Positions 9,057 through 20,101 of a DNA stretch of 64,000 nucleotides are shown piece after piece. How positions within the stretch are numbered: the stretch's first letter is position 1; each line of letters opens with the position of its first letter. This stretch comes from Candidatus Obscuribacteraceae bacterium. Lineage in GTDB: Bacteria; Cyanobacteriota; Vampirovibrionia; Obscuribacterales; Obscuribacteraceae. The notes beneath the pieces are model-generated. The model had not been told where the DNA came from, did no database searches, and saw only the letters and a list, made by a program, of their open reading frames with translations. Location: NCBI GenBank assembly GCA_044226015.1, contig JBGAHS010000001.1:160001-224000 (forward strand), given 5' to 3'. The translations under genes and the position numbers were made by a program.

Positions 9057-10490
9057 ATGCTTCTTAGCATTAGCACGACTCATCGTCCGGCTACGGACCT
9101 TGGATTTCTTCTACTAAAAAATCCAAACAATCTAAATAGTTTTGAACTCAGCTTTGGGAAGGCTCATGTTTTCTTTCCCGAGGCAAGTGACGAAATTTGT
9201 ACAGCTTGCCTTCTTCTTGATGTGGACAGCGTAACGCTGGTTCGCGGAAAGGGGCAGCAAGACGGAATTGAGCAATATGTGAATGACCGACCATATGTGG
9301 CGTCATCATTTATGAGTGTTGCGATAGCACAGGTCTTTGGTACCGCTCTTGGTGGCAGAACGAAACATAAGCCTGAGCTTGTGGATGTTCCTATTCCGCT
9401 TAAGGCCTCTATCAGTGCTCTGCCCTGTCGCGGGGGTGAGGCGCTATTAAAGAGCCTCTTTGAGCCGCTAGGTTACGAGATTTCGGCCCAGCGCTTGCCG
9501 CTCGACGAGAAGTTTCCTGAGTGGGGCGAGAGCCGCTACTATGCACTTGAACTTACTCAAACTCTGCCTTTGAAAGATCTGTTAAAACACCTGTATGTGC
9601 TTATTCCTGTTCTTGATGACGAGAAGCACTATTTTGTGGGTCAAGAAGAGGTTGATAAGCTTTTGCGTCATGGTGGCAGCTGGCTTGCAACTCACCCTGC
9701 AAAAGAGTTGATAAGCAAGCGCTATCTAAATCATAAATACAGTTTGGCGCAACTCGCCTTAAACCAGCTTGCTGAGCAAGGGGAAGACTGCTCTGAGGAA
9801 CAAGTTGAGCAGAACAATCAGGAAGAAGAAGTTGAAAAACCCTTGAGTCTAAATGAACAACGCATTCAAAGTATATTGAATTGCTTATTGGAGAATTCCG
9901 TGCGCAGCGTAATTGATATGGGCTGCGGGGAAGGGCGCTATCTAAAGGCTTTGCTCGAGCAAAAAGAATTCGACAAAGTTGCAGGAGTCGATGTGTCTCC
10001 TCGAGTGCTCGAACGCGCCGCAGACCGACTGCGCCTTGACCGCATGCCTGAACGGAAACGCGAGCGGCTTAATTTGTTTCAAGGCTCGTTAGTTTATAAG
10101 GATGATCGGCTTAGCGATTATGACGCAGCTATTTGCGTAGAGGTAATCGAGCACATGGACTTGCCGCGTTTACCCTCATTTGAAAAGATGCTGTTTCAAT
10201 ACAGTCGTCCGAAAATTGCGATAGTTACAACGCCGAATGTCGAATACAACGCAAAGTTTGAAACATTACCGGCTGGCAAAATGCGTCATGCTGACCATCG
10301 ATTTGAATGGACCCGCGCAGAATTCGAGTCGTGGGCAAGTCGAGTGGCGAGTACCTTTGGATATTCGGTTAGCTTTAATACGATCGGTCCGGTTGACGAG
10401 CTTTTGGGGGCGCCCACGCAAATGGCGGTGTTCAAAATTTTGAGTGAGGAAGAGCTTCTTGAAGCAGTCTCAGAAAGGAGGGCAAAATGA
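9057..10490 (+). CDS. hen1: 3'-terminal RNA ribose 2'-O-methyltransferase Hen1
   Basis: N-terminal MLLSISTTHRPATDLGFLL..YVNDRPY ligase-activating domain; DMGCGEG, EVIEH and RHADHRFEW methyltransferase motifs. Confidence 0.95.
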   Translation: MLLSISTTHRPATDLGFLLLKNPNNLNSFELSFGKAHVFFPEASDEICTACLLLDVDSVTLVRGKGQQDGIEQYVNDRPYVASSFMSVAIAQVFGTALGGRTKHKPELVDVPIPLKASISALPCRGGEALLKSLFEPLGYEISAQRLPLDEKFPEWGESRYYALELTQTLPLKDLLKHLYVLIPVLDDEKHYFVGQEEVDKLLRHGGSWLATHPAKELISKRYLNHKYSLAQLALNQLAEQGEDCSEEQVEQNNQEEEVEKPLSLNEQRIQSILNCLLENSVRSVIDMGCGEGRYLKALLEQKEFDKVAGVDVSPRVLERAADRLRLDRMPERKRERLNLFQGSLVYKDDRLSDYDAAICVEVIEHMDLPRLPSFEKMLFQYSRPKIAIVTTPNVEYNAKFETLPAGKMRHADHRFEWTRAEFESWASRVASTFGYSVSFNTIGPVDELLGAPTQMAVFKILSEEELLEAVSERRAK

Positions 10491-13048
10491 AAATTGAATT
10501 GCCAGAACTTTCACTGGTCGTTTTGATTGGCTGTTCTGGAAGCGGAAAGTCAACCTTTGGAAAGAAGCACTTCAAGGGCAGCGAAGTTGTTTCGTCTGAC
10601 TTTTGCAGATACATGGTGGCTGATGATGAGAACGATCAGTCTGCATCTCGACCTGCTTTTGAGTTGCTCCACTATATTGTGGGCAAGCGTCTCGATGCTG
10701 GCAGATTGACTGTTATTGACGCCACCAGTGTTCAAGCTGAAGACCGCAAGCAACTTATCGAGCTTGCAAAAGCGCACAATTGCCTGCCAATTGCCATTGT
10801 ATTCAATATTGACGAGGAAGTCTGTCAGCAGAGAAACTTACAACGTCCCGACAGAAATTTTGGACCGCATGTAATCAGGCGCCAAAATAAACTGCTGCAG
10901 CGGTCTTTTAGAGGCATCAGAAAAGAAGGTTTCAATAGAACTTTCATTTTTAATTCGCCTGAGGAAGTTGAGCAGGCTGAGCTTGTACGGACTCCGCTCT
11001 GGAACAATAAAAAAACTGAGCACGGACCTTTCGATATCATCGGCGATATACACGGATGTTTCGATGAGACTATATTGTTGTTGGAGAAGTTGGGTTACAA
11101 GCTTAGCAACGATGAGTCAGACCCACTTCGGTATAATGCCAGTCATCCAGATGGTCGCTGCGTAGTTTTCGTCGGAGACCTGGTTGATAGAGGTCCGAAA
11201 ACGCCAGATGTGTTGCGTCTTGTGATGAATATGGTGAATACAGGAAACGCGCTATGCGTTGCTGGCAATCACGACGTGAAGTTGATGCGCAAGCTGTCTG
11301 GTAAGAACGTGAATATGACTCATGGATTGCTTGAGTCATGGCAGCAACTTGAGTCTGAAACTGATGAGTTCAAGTCTACTGCTTGTAAGTTTTTAGATGC
11401 GTTGATCAGTCACTATGTTTTCGATGATGGTAACCTGGTTGTTGCTCACGCCGGTCTAAAAGAAGCATTTCAGGGGCGCAGCTCAGGGCGAGTTCGTGAG
11501 TTTTGTCTTTATGGTGAAACCACAGGTGAAACTGACGAATATGGTTTGCCTGTTCGATATAACTGGGCAGCCGATTATCGTGGACGGGCAATAGTTGTTT
11601 ATGGACACACTCCTGTTCCCAGTGCGGCTTGGGTGAATAATACAATTTGCCTCGACACTGGTTGCGTATTTGGTGGCGAGCTGACGGCGCTGCGCTACCC
11701 TGAAAGAGAATTGGTTTCGGTTCCTGCGGCTCGCATGTATTATGAGCCAATGCGCCCTCTGGCTCATGTCGAGTCAGGTCCGCACGGCTACCGTACAGAA
11801 GATGATATGCTCAGCATCAATGATGTTTGCGGCAAAAAAATCATAAACACGCGCTTACAAAAATCGGTTACAGTGCGCGAGCAAAATGCTGCCGCTGCGC
11901 TTGAAGTGATGAGCCGATTTGCCATTAACCCGCGTTGGTTAGTCTATCTGCCTCCAACAATGTCTCCCTGCGGCACATCAAAGGTGCCCGGTTTTCTAGA
12001 GCGTCCCGAGGAAGCCCTAGATTACTACGTGCAGATGGGACAGAGTCGCATTATCTGTGAAGAGAAGCATATGGGTTCTCGCGCAATAGTAGTTGTATGC
12101 AAGGACGAAGCCAGCGCCCAAAAACGATTTGGAGTCGCTGATGAGGGCATTGGTGTTTGTTATACACGAACGGGTCGGCAATTCTTTTCTGATGAGAAGC
12201 TCGCTCAGCAGTTTCTCACTAGAATTCGCGACGCTGCCAATGAGTCGGGCTTTTGGGAAGAGTTTCAGACCGATTGGATGCTTCTTGATTGTGAGCTGAT
12301 GCCCTGGTCAATGAAAGCCCAAGAGCTGATTCGCAGGCAATACGCTTCGACTGGTGCAGCTGCTAGCAGGTCAATGATTGACGCTCAATCAGCCTTAGCA
12401 AAGGCTGGCAGCCGTGGCGTGCAGTTGGCAGACTTGCAAGATTCTTTCCGTGCGCGAACCGCTATGGTCGAGAAGTATGTGAATGCTTATAGAAGGTATT
12501 GCTGGAATGTGGATTCGCTCAGCGATGTGAAACTTGCACCGTTCCATCTTTTAGCGACCGAGGGTGTCGCGCATACGGACAAACCGCACATATGGCACCT
12601 TTCAGCTATCGCGAAATTGGCGCGTGCGGAGGGGGAGGAGATGATTATCTCGACGCCGTTTCGCGAAATTGATCTTTTGTCCTCAGACTCTGTAATTGAG
12701 GTTATTCGCTGGTGGGAGGGGCTCACCGCTGGTGGTGGCGAGGGTATGGTTGTAAAACCCTATGAATTTGTTGCGCATGGTCCGAAAGGTTATTTGCAGC
12801 CTGCCGTAAAGTGTCGTGGTAGCGAGTACTTGCGCATAATTTATGGTCCCGAATACGATGATGAAAGGTATCTAGAGCGCTTGCGCCATCGCGGGTTGTC
12901 TACAAAGAGATCTCTTGCGATGCGAGAGTTCTCGCTGGGTGTGGAAGCTGTTGAGCGGTTCGTTTTGCGAGAGCCTTTGTATCGCGTACATGAGTGTGTG
13001 TTTGCAGTTCTTGCAATGGAAAGCGAGCCCGTCGACCCGCGTTTGTAG
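10487..13048 (+). CDS. pnkp: Polynucleotide kinase-phosphatase-ligase Pnkp
   Basis: Kinase GCSGSGKST; phosphoesterase GDIHG/GDLVDRG/GNHD; ligase EEKHMGSR, EGMVVKP, VKCRG; ends VDPRL; ATGA overlap with hen1. Confidence 0.95.
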   Translation: MKIELPELSLVVLIGCSGSGKSTFGKKHFKGSEVVSSDFCRYMVADDENDQSASRPAFELLHYIVGKRLDAGRLTVIDATSVQAEDRKQLIELAKAHNCLPIAIVFNIDEEVCQQRNLQRPDRNFGPHVIRRQNKLLQRSFRGIRKEGFNRTFIFNSPEEVEQAELVRTPLWNNKKTEHGPFDIIGDIHGCFDETILLLEKLGYKLSNDESDPLRYNASHPDGRCVVFVGDLVDRGPKTPDVLRLVMNMVNTGNALCVAGNHDVKLMRKLSGKNVNMTHGLLESWQQLESETDEFKSTACKFLDALISHYVFDDGNLVVAHAGLKEAFQGRSSGRVREFCLYGETTGETDEYGLPVRYNWAADYRGRAIVVYGHTPVPSAAWVNNTICLDTGCVFGGELTALRYPERELVSVPAARMYYEPMRPLAHVESGPHGYRTEDDMLSINDVCGKKIINTRLQKSVTVREQNAAAALEVMSRFAINPRWLVYLPPTMSPCGTSKVPGFLERPEEALDYYVQMGQSRIICEEKHMGSRAIVVVCKDEASAQKRFGVADEGIGVCYTRTGRQFFSDEKLAQQFLTRIRDAANESGFWEEFQTDWMLLDCELMPWSMKAQELIRRQYASTGAAASRSMIDAQSALAKAGSRGVQLADLQDSFRARTAMVEKYVNAYRRYCWNVDSLSDVKLAPFHLLATEGVAHTDKPHIWHLSAIAKLARAEGEEMIISTPFREIDLLSSDSVIEVIRWWEGLTAGGGEGMVVKPYEFVAHGPKGYLQPAVKCRGSEYLRIIYGPEYDDERYLERLRHRGLSTKRSLAMREFSLGVEAVERFVLREPLYRVHECVFAVLAMESEPVDPRL

Positions 13049-13125
13049 GGCGCGAAGATATTTTTGAAAACTGCAACGGTACCGGTGGAGTTCTCTGGTT
13101 TTTCTGGTTTTTCTGCTTTTTCAAA

Positions 13126-14085
13126 TCACCACGCGCGCTGGCGAAGCTGCGGGGAATGTGGGTCGGTAACCGGAATGGCTGTCTGCCATCCAATGCCATT
13201 CATGTGTCCGAGGCGGACGTGATCATGATGGCTCAGCCTCTGTGGGCGATAGCTGCCGATGACGGACTTCACTGCATTCTCGAGTTCATACTTGCTTGCG
13301 CCAGGTCCAAGTTGCACCCTGGCTGTGGCTTCTGTGCCAAATAGATTAGGTTCCACAAAAACGTAACCAGAGGAGATATTCGCGCCCCTAACCGTCTTCA
13401 AGTCGTTTGCGCTTGCGCTACTGTAGACCATTTTTCCGATGAATTGGTCTGACCAGGCCACTGGTGCCAGAGCCTGCGACAGGCGTTGCCGCTCTGCTTC
13501 TGTACGTCCCACCACTATTGCCAGTGGTCGTTTATCGCAAGCGGCGACGTCGATAGCCAATCGAAGCGTATCAACTGCGGGAAGTGCGTCTGGCTGAGCG
13601 CCTCTGCCAGCGCTAACATAATGTCTGGAAATATCGTTCATCGCCCGCGCCATGTCGGCCGAGTCGCGAAAAACGTGTATTGGGCTGCGTCCGCCCAATA
13701 GTATTGGTCTTGCCCATGGGTCAAGAATAGCGAATACAGTGTTCTCTAGCGGTGCATCAGGTCTCCATAATTGCTTCAAAACTTGGGCTTCGCTTTCGCT
13801 TTCATACGTCATCATCCGCACGCAGACGAAGTTTCTGGAAGCATTTATCACATCAGTTTGCGTCAGGAACCTCCCGTCCGTGTCTTGCTTGCCTGGTCAC
13901 CACATGCCAGGTACGCCGCCGCATTGCGGTGCGGCTGCCATAAGTAGAATTGGTTTACCGGTTTTGGCTGCTTGTTCCTGGGCTTGCTTCCAGGTTGGAA
14001 TCCAGCCAATGCCCTCGCTCGCCTCTGCGGCTGAGCAGCAAAACAAGAACATGACACACAGGAACTGCAGGACTTTGACTCTCAT
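13126..14085 (-). CDS. Probable selenoprotein: exported thioredoxin-fold protein, 319 aa, in-frame UGA (13897-13899) read as Sec
   Basis: ORFs 13897-14085 and 13126-13851 share a frame and only one TGA separates them: ..GKPILLMAAAPQCGGVPGMW-U-PGKQDTDGRFLTQTDVINASRNFVCVR..; AGAGGTGG RBS before 14085. Confidence 0.7.
13864..13876 (-). promoter_or_regulatory. Candidate bacterial SECIS apical hairpin
   Basis: CGGGA-GGU-UCCUG starting 21 nt after the UGA, with a G-containing loop. Confidence 0.45.
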
Positions 14086-14357
14086 AGGTCGCCACCTCTG
14101 ATTACTTCTCTAACCAGTATAGGAATTCATTGTGGATTAAAAATGGAGGATTTGGTCGCCCAAAGTCGGCTTGAGCATTAAACCCGCTACGTAGTTTCCC
14201 ATTCAGTGCTAAACTATCAGACGCTGGGCGATCCCCAAGATGATGTAAAATTCAGCTTTTCGGGGAGATCCGCCGGGAACATTTTCGGTGGGAAGAACAC
14301 CATTGTATACAGTGCACTGTGCATTTAAGATTCAGCCATCAGTTAGAGATTCCCGCG

Positions 14358-14648
14358 ATGAACTTACCAAATAACCCCTGGAGCGAATATAAAAGCCAGA
14401 ACCCGGCCAGTGCGGCAAGCATCAAGAACCTGTTTTTTCGGGCATGCTTTGTTGTAATCACTATCGGGTTCACGATTTACGCTTTGAAGTGCGTGCCGTT
14501 CCAGAGCACTTCGATTGGCGCAACTCCCACAATCATCGCTCCGGAAGTTCGCAATGCCTCTGCTGATGAGCTTTCGAAATTGCCTTTTGCATCACACATT
14601 TCACTTACCAAGAAAAAAATCGCTGCCAGCCATCCCAGCGGAAGTTAG
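14358..14648 (+). CDS. Small hypothetical membrane protein
   Basis: One hydrophobic segment (LFFRACFVVITIGFTIYAL); start uncertain. Confidence 0.5.
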   Translation: MNLPNNPWSEYKSQNPASAASIKNLFFRACFVVITIGFTIYALKCVPFQSTSIGATPTIIAPEVRNASADELSKLPFASHISLTKKKIAASHPSGS

Positions 14649-14765
14649 TCTAAGATTACCTGACCATCTGCCTGGAAAAACGTGTACCAGTCTTATAGCA
14701 AGCCTTTTGCTGAGGTTTGTACTGAGTCGTCTAAAGCAGCGCTTACTCATTCTTGAGTTCTTTAG

Positions 14766-15911
14766 TCAAACCGCGCGATTATCTATCTTGGTACTTTTTC
14801 CGGTCGGTGACCACATTATCAAGCCCGTAATTGCCATGATGAGTGGGGCAAATCCAATGAAACACCAGATGATTTTTGATGCCACTCCCGCGAAACTTCC
14901 GAAGTGAATGCGTGGAAGCCAAACCATAAAGATATCACCAGTGGTGCGTGACTCAGGGCGTACTACAGCAACAGCTCTCTTTGCTTCCAAATCAATGTCG
15001 ACTTCGGTCGCATCAACTTTGTCGTTGCTATTTGTATTTGTCAGCCAGAATTTGACCAGCGAATCTTTCTTGCCAGGAAGCGCAACCCTGCTCAATCGCT
15101 GCCCGGGGCACTGGCGCATTGACAGTTCAGCTGCTGCATCGATTAACTCTAATTCGTCTGAGCTGGAACTTGCCAGCGCGAGCGATTCATTCGTCAAATT
15201 GCTAGTGCTGGTTCTTGTCTTATCGATTTCTGAAATGACAGTTGATACCGGCAAAAATAAATTGACTATCTTCTCAAGTTCGTGATGAAAGCCGAAGCTA
15301 TAAGCGCTGATGCCCCATGTCAGAAACATGGGCAGCAAGATCGCACCAAGTTTCTGATGCAAACTCCAGCTCACGACGCGTCTGCTTCCCGTGTTTTTCA
15401 TTCTGAAGACGTGCAAGCAATAGGACGCTCCTCTTAAGAAAAGCGAGATTCCGGTAATTGAAAGCACAATGAAAGTAATTCCGCCGAACGCGTTGACCTT
15501 TCGTCCAGTAGTGCCATTTAGCAAATTGAAATGTAGTTCTTGCAAGAATTTGAGCACTGAATTCTCGTGCGCTACACCTATGACAGCACCTGAGCCCGGC
15601 TCTACATTTACGTGTGTGCTTGAACCTTCGCCTTTCTTCGCGAAAATCATTACAGGTTTGTGAGGCGTGAGCGGCAAAATAATTCCTGTGATTCTGTACT
15701 CTGGAAATTTTTCGCGCACGTTGCGAATCAGTTCAGAGAGTTTCGCTGAGTTAGAATAATCAGCTGCAACTGGCGGCTTGTTGAGTAGTTCTTCAAGTTC
15801 GTCTCGGAAAACCAAACTTACGCCAGTAATGCTCATCATGCAGAAATAAAGACTGGCAATTACTCCAATCCAGCGATGCAGAGAGGTCAATAGTGCTCGA
15901 TATCGAATCAA
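14766..15911 (-). CDS. PepSY-associated TM helix domain protein
   Basis: LHRWIG..SITG, LHFNLL, LHQKLG, IHFGSFAG..ITG conserved His/TM pattern. Confidence 0.88.
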   Translation of the reverse strand: MIRYRALLTSLHRWIGVIASLYFCMMSITGVSLVFRDELEELLNKPPVAADYSNSAKLSELIRNVREKFPEYRITGIILPLTPHKPVMIFAKKGEGSSTHVNVEPGSGAVIGVAHENSVLKFLQELHFNLLNGTTGRKVNAFGGITFIVLSITGISLFLRGASYCLHVFRMKNTGSRRVVSWSLHQKLGAILLPMFLTWGISAYSFGFHHELEKIVNLFLPVSTVISEIDKTRTSTSNLTNESLALASSSSDELELIDAAAELSMRQCPGQRLSRVALPGKKDSLVKFWLTNTNSNDKVDATEVDIDLEAKRAVAVVRPESRTTGDIFMVWLPRIHFGSFAGVASKIIWCFIGFAPLIMAITGLIMWSPTGKSTKIDNRAV

Positions 15912-16014
15912 CTTAAAATCCTACGTTCCTTCAAAGCAAGGTTTGGGAACTCATGCTAGCACAAGCTCGATTTTTAACTGCATAGCTAGAGAATCGAGGT
16001 TTCGCTTTTTGTGC

Positions 16015-16767
16015 TCAGTAAGTGCGATTAATGATGGTGGTGCTGCTGCCGTCAGGATTTTGTTGAGTGGCAGAGGTATTCGGGCCGGGTGCTCGTATGA
16101 TGACCGGCTGTCCGTTTGGCGCATTAAGAATGACTGGTGACGCATCGCTGTAATCAACAGACCCGTTGGGGCCCTGCATGGAATAGCCGCTTCCGTAAGC
16201 TCCGGGGTAGCCAAAGCCGGGCATTCCGTAGTTATTTGTTGTGTTTCGCTGAAACCCGCCGAAGGGTGTGTTCACGCCAAAGGAAGAATTTGTTCTGATG
16301 TTTTGCATGCCGCTGTTCACCCATAAAGGTGGGCTACCGCTTAATGGTGTCTGCTGCGGTGAAGCTCCGCCAGCCGGCGTCTGAGCCGACCTAGCTGTGG
16401 CTTCCGGAGCATCTGCTGTAGTGTCTTTCGGAGCTTGTTTCAGGAAAACGCCAGGTTGCATCGAGAACGGCGAGTCGTTGGAAAGCACTCTCGGTTTGCG
16501 CGACTTTGCTAATTTCGCTGCCTCCGCGGTGAACTCTGTAGAGTCCTTGCCCTGTGCCTGGTAAAGCACTGCCAGATTGTTGTATGCGGCTTCAAGTGTC
16601 GTACTGTCTGTCTCTTCTGCCAAAACCTGGCGATAGAGCTTTTCGGCACGCTGGTAGTCTCCGGCTCTATAAGCCTTGATACCCTCGCTGTTTAAATCGG
16701 CAGCCAGTGCTGACGCAGAGGACACTAATGCGACTACTGCAAGCGATAGGTAATTTCTCTTGTTCAT
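16015..16767 (-). CDS. Exported TPR-containing protein
   Basis: Signal peptide (..SALA), TPR (AYNNLAVLYQAQG), G/N/P-rich tail; GGAG RBS before 16767. Confidence 0.75.
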   Translation of the reverse strand: MNKRNYLSLAVVALVSSASALAADLNSEGIKAYRAGDYQRAEKLYRQVLAEETDSTTLEAAYNNLAVLYQAQGKDSTEFTAEAAKLAKSRKPRVLSNDSPFSMQPGVFLKQAPKDTTADAPEATARSAQTPAGGASPQQTPLSGSPPLWVNSGMQNIRTNSSFGVNTPFGGFQRNTTNNYGMPGFGYPGAYGSGYSMQGPNGSVDYSDASPVILNAPNGQPVIIRAPGPNTSATQQNPDGSSTTIINRTY

Positions 16768-16912
16768 AGATGCTCCGTTTGATTTTTCCATTTTCCATCA
16801 ACGCGTCGTCTTGAGCAAGAGCTGAGCTAGACTTCTAACTTATTCTGATAGTCTGTGTAGCCGTCAACGATGGTACGGATGAACAATTCGGGGGGCGCTA
16901 ATGCTTTGCGGT

Positions 16913-17989
16913 TTAGTCTTCGTCCATATATTCGCGAAGTCTGCGGCTGCGATTTGGATGACGCAATTTTCGCAGGGCTTTGGACTCGATCTGGCGAATG
17001 CGTTCGCGCGTCACGCCGAACAGCTGTCCCACTTCTTCAAGTGTGCGTTGTCTGCCATCGTCGAGTCCGAAGCGAAGGCGAAGCACATCTCTTTCACGCG
17101 GTGATAGACCAGCCATAACTTCGATGATGTCATCGCGCAAGAGGTCCTGAGTTACATTGGTTGATGGAGTAGCTGCGTTACTATCTTCAATGAAATCGCC
17201 CAGCTTGCTGTCTTCTTCTTTCCCTACTGGAGTTTCTAGCGAGACTGGTTCTTGTGCAACTTTCACGATTTCGCGAAGCTTGTGCAGCGAAATTTCCATT
17301 GCTGAGGCAATTTCTTCCTCTGTTGGTTTTCGTCCTTTATCTTGCGCGAGCTTGCGGGTAATCTTTTTGAGTTTGTTGATTGTTTCAACCATGTGCACCG
17401 GAATTCTAATGGTGCGTGCCTGGTCTGCGATGGCTCTTGTGATTGCCTGGCGAATCCACCATGTTGCATACGTGCTGAACTTAAAGCCGCGCGAATGGTC
17501 GAACTTTTCGGCAGCTCTGATGAGACCCAGATTTCCTTCTTGAATCAAATCAAGAAAGAGCATTCCTCTGCCAACGTATTTTTTTGCGATTGATACCACA
17601 AGTCTCAAGTTCGCTTGCGTCAACTTTCGTTTTGCAATTGCGCCTTCAGCACCGCCTGCTTCAATCTTTCTTGCGAGCTCAATTTCCTGCTGCGCTGTGA
17701 GAAGTGGAATTTTTCCAATTTCGCGAAGGTACATTCTGACCGGGTCGTCTGAAGAGAGTCCCGCGGTTGCTTGTTTCGCGAATTCGTTAGGGTCTTCTTC
17801 TACGCGCGCATCGTCATCGTCAATGAAAAAGTCTATGTCATCAGTTCTCGATGCTCGTACATTGTTGCCACCAAGATCGGATTCTTCATCATCCATGATT
17901 TCATCAAGATCGGCAGATTTTGATTTGTCATTTTCGTCATCAGAACTAAGGCTGTCTGCAAAGTCTTCTCGTTCTTTTCCTTTATTCAC
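16913..17989 (-). CDS. rpoD: Primary RNA polymerase sigma-70 factor
   Basis: [47 protein letters not shown]; directly downstream of dnaG. Confidence 0.96.
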   Translation of the reverse strand: MNKGKEREDFADSLSSDDENDKSKSADLDEIMDDEESDLGGNNVRASRTDDIDFFIDDDDARVEEDPNEFAKQATAGLSSDDPVRMYLREIGKIPLLTAQQEIELARKIEAGGAEGAIAKRKLTQANLRLVVSIAKKYVGRGMLFLDLIQEGNLGLIRAAEKFDHSRGFKFSTYATWWIRQAITRAIADQARTIRIPVHMVETINKLKKITRKLAQDKGRKPTEEEIASAMEISLHKLREIVKVAQEPVSLETPVGKEEDSKLGDFIEDSNAATPSTNVTQDLLRDDIIEVMAGLSPRERDVLRLRFGLDDGRQRTLEEVGQLFGVTRERIRQIESKALRKLRHPNRSRRLREYMDED

Positions 17990-19890
17990 GACTTAGTCTC
18001 CAACAGAAGGGCATCCAATCTCTCTCTCAAACTTCTCAATTCTGCGTCTGGCGTTCCTAAAAGCTTTGCTTCGATTTGCTTCATTTGAAGAATCTTCTGC
18101 GATATGACTTCTTCTTCTCGTTCATCGGGGCTTTGACGCAACTTCAATCTCAATTCGCTCATACCTCGGGAAAGTCTCTCTTTAATAAGACGAGACTCGC
18201 ACTCGATAAGAATAACGTGAATTGGAGATTTTTGCTGCTTCACTTCCTCAGCTTTTGCGGCAAGATCCCACAGTCGCTTGCTCGCTTCGAGGTCGGGTGA
18301 AAGCTTGTTCTGCAGTTTCTGCCAGAACTCATCACTGTTTGCATATTCACCGATGTCCTCGATGGCTTCCTTGATGCGCTGAGAAACAGGGTCTATCATG
18401 CGCTCGTCTTTTAGTTTTTCTCGCAGCCTCGAGTAATCATCACTGGAAATCAAGTAAATCGCCAACAAAGATAGCTCTGCTTCCGAGCCACCCTCTTTGG
18501 GCATGTTTTTCGGAATTGCTGGCGCTTTTGGTCTGTCTGCTTCCGGTGAGCCCAGGCGTTGCTGCCTTCTAAATTGAGTTACATCTGACAGCAACTCTTC
18601 TTCGCGCAGACCTAATTTCATTGCCCATTGACGAACGTATTCTCCGCGAGCAACATTGTTTTTGATGTTCGCGAGAATAGGCAATAAGGCTTTGGATGCT
18701 TCAATTCTGCCATTATGCGAATTGAGATCAACCGAAGCCGCTGCCTTGTCGAGTTGATAGTCTATGAGCAGCGGTGCATTCTCAATGCAATGCTCGAATC
18801 CTTTAGGACCTGCGTTAGGATCTGATGAACGCAGTGACTCGTCCGGATCTTTCCCACCTGGCACACGAATCACGCGCATTTCGATGCCGATGCCTTCGGC
18901 AATCTGATTCAGCGTTTCCATGCCGCGGTTTACTGCCGCTTCGCCGGCATTGTCTGAGTCAAAGCAGAGATAGACGCGCTTGCCTTCTGTGAAACGAACA
19001 AGTAGTTTGCCCTGGCGTTCTGTTAATGCTGTCCCTAAAGTAGCAACTGTATTTTTGAAACCATAGAGATGCGGAGTAATCGCATCGAAATAACCCTCAA
19101 CCACGATGACCGCATCTTTCTGTCTGATGTGATCTTTCGCCTGGTATAGCCCGAAGAGATTCTCACCTTTTATGTAGATTGGAGTTTCGGGAGAGTTGAT
19201 GTACTTTACGTTGTCGTCAGGGCTTAAAGCTCTGCCACCAAATGCGATGACTCTGCCTTGCACATCTTGAATCGGAATCATCAATCTGTTGCGGAAAAGA
19301 TCGTAAAAATGATTTGTCTCTTGTTTGCGGCGAACAAGCCCAGCTTCAAACAATGTTTCGTGACTAACTTTGTTTGCATCAGCAAGGTACGTCAAAAGAC
19401 CATCCCACGCCATCGGCGCGTAGCCTAATTTGAAACTAGCAATTGTTTCGTCGTCTATTCCACGTTTGTGCAAATAGTCGCGAGCAAACTGCCCTTCTTT
19501 TTCATCGAGCAATAAGCGTTGATAGAATTCGGCTGCTTGCTGGTAAAGCATAAGCATTGTACTGCGCTTATCGTATGCATTCTGATCTTCCTGTGACTCG
19601 ATAAGCTGCACGCCGTATTTCTGGGCTAACTCTTTCACGGACTCAATGAATCCAATCTTTTTTGTTTTCTGTATAAACGCAAATACGTCGCCGCCCTCGT
19701 TGCAACCGAAGCACTTGAAGATGCCACGCTCTGGGTTGACAAAGAATGAAGGTGATTTTTCGTTGTGAAAAGGGCAGAGTCCCTTGTAATGCTTGCCAGC
19801 GCGCTTTAATACAACGAGTTCGGAGACTATGTCTACGATTTTCGCCCTGTTGCGTACTTCAGCAATGACTTCTGTGGTGACACTTTTCAC
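17986..19890 (-). CDS. dnaG: DNA primase
   Basis: [15 protein letters not shown] zinc finger, [21 protein letters not shown] Toprim, KDPD. Confidence 0.97.
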   Translation of the reverse strand: MKSVTTEVIAEVRNRAKIVDIVSELVVLKRAGKHYKGLCPFHNEKSPSFFVNPERGIFKCFGCNEGGDVFAFIQKTKKIGFIESVKELAQKYGVQLIESQEDQNAYDKRSTMLMLYQQAAEFYQRLLLDEKEGQFARDYLHKRGIDDETIASFKLGYAPMAWDGLLTYLADANKVSHETLFEAGLVRRKQETNHFYDLFRNRLMIPIQDVQGRVIAFGGRALSPDDNVKYINSPETPIYIKGENLFGLYQAKDHIRQKDAVIVVEGYFDAITPHLYGFKNTVATLGTALTERQGKLLVRFTEGKRVYLCFDSDNAGEAAVNRGMETLNQIAEGIGIEMRVIRVPGGKDPDESLRSSDPNAGPKGFEHCIENAPLLIDYQLDKAAASVDLNSHNGRIEASKALLPILANIKNNVARGEYVRQWAMKLGLREEELLSDVTQFRRQQRLGSPEADRPKAPAIPKNMPKEGGSEAELSLLAIYLISSDDYSRLREKLKDERMIDPVSQRIKEAIEDIGEYANSDEFWQKLQNKLSPDLEASKRLWDLAAKAEEVKQQKSPIHVILIECESRLIKERLSRGMSELRLKLRQSPDEREEEVISQKILQMKQIEAKLLGTPDAELRSLRERLDALLLETKS

Positions 19891-20101
19891 GGTCTGTATC
19901 CAACTGATATCTTGCGCTTATATCCCGGGCGAGCGGGAGAAGCTTGTCTCCAGCTGCCTGTTTGTTTGAGCTATAGTTTGGCACAAATCTAGTGATTGGT
20001 TGTTAAAAGCAAGCGATAGTGGGCGCTGCCAAGTGGCGCTAGGGCGACCAGAAACGATATGATTTCGGAGCAGTTTCGACCACGCTGGAAAGTTTGGAAT
20101 A

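Noticed and set aside
13897..13899. Genome-wide TGA reassignment (code 4/25) as the explanation for the in-frame TGA
   Set aside because: TGA is a genuine stop elsewhere, e.g. hen1 (ATGA overlap with pnkp) and dnaG (overlap with rpoD)
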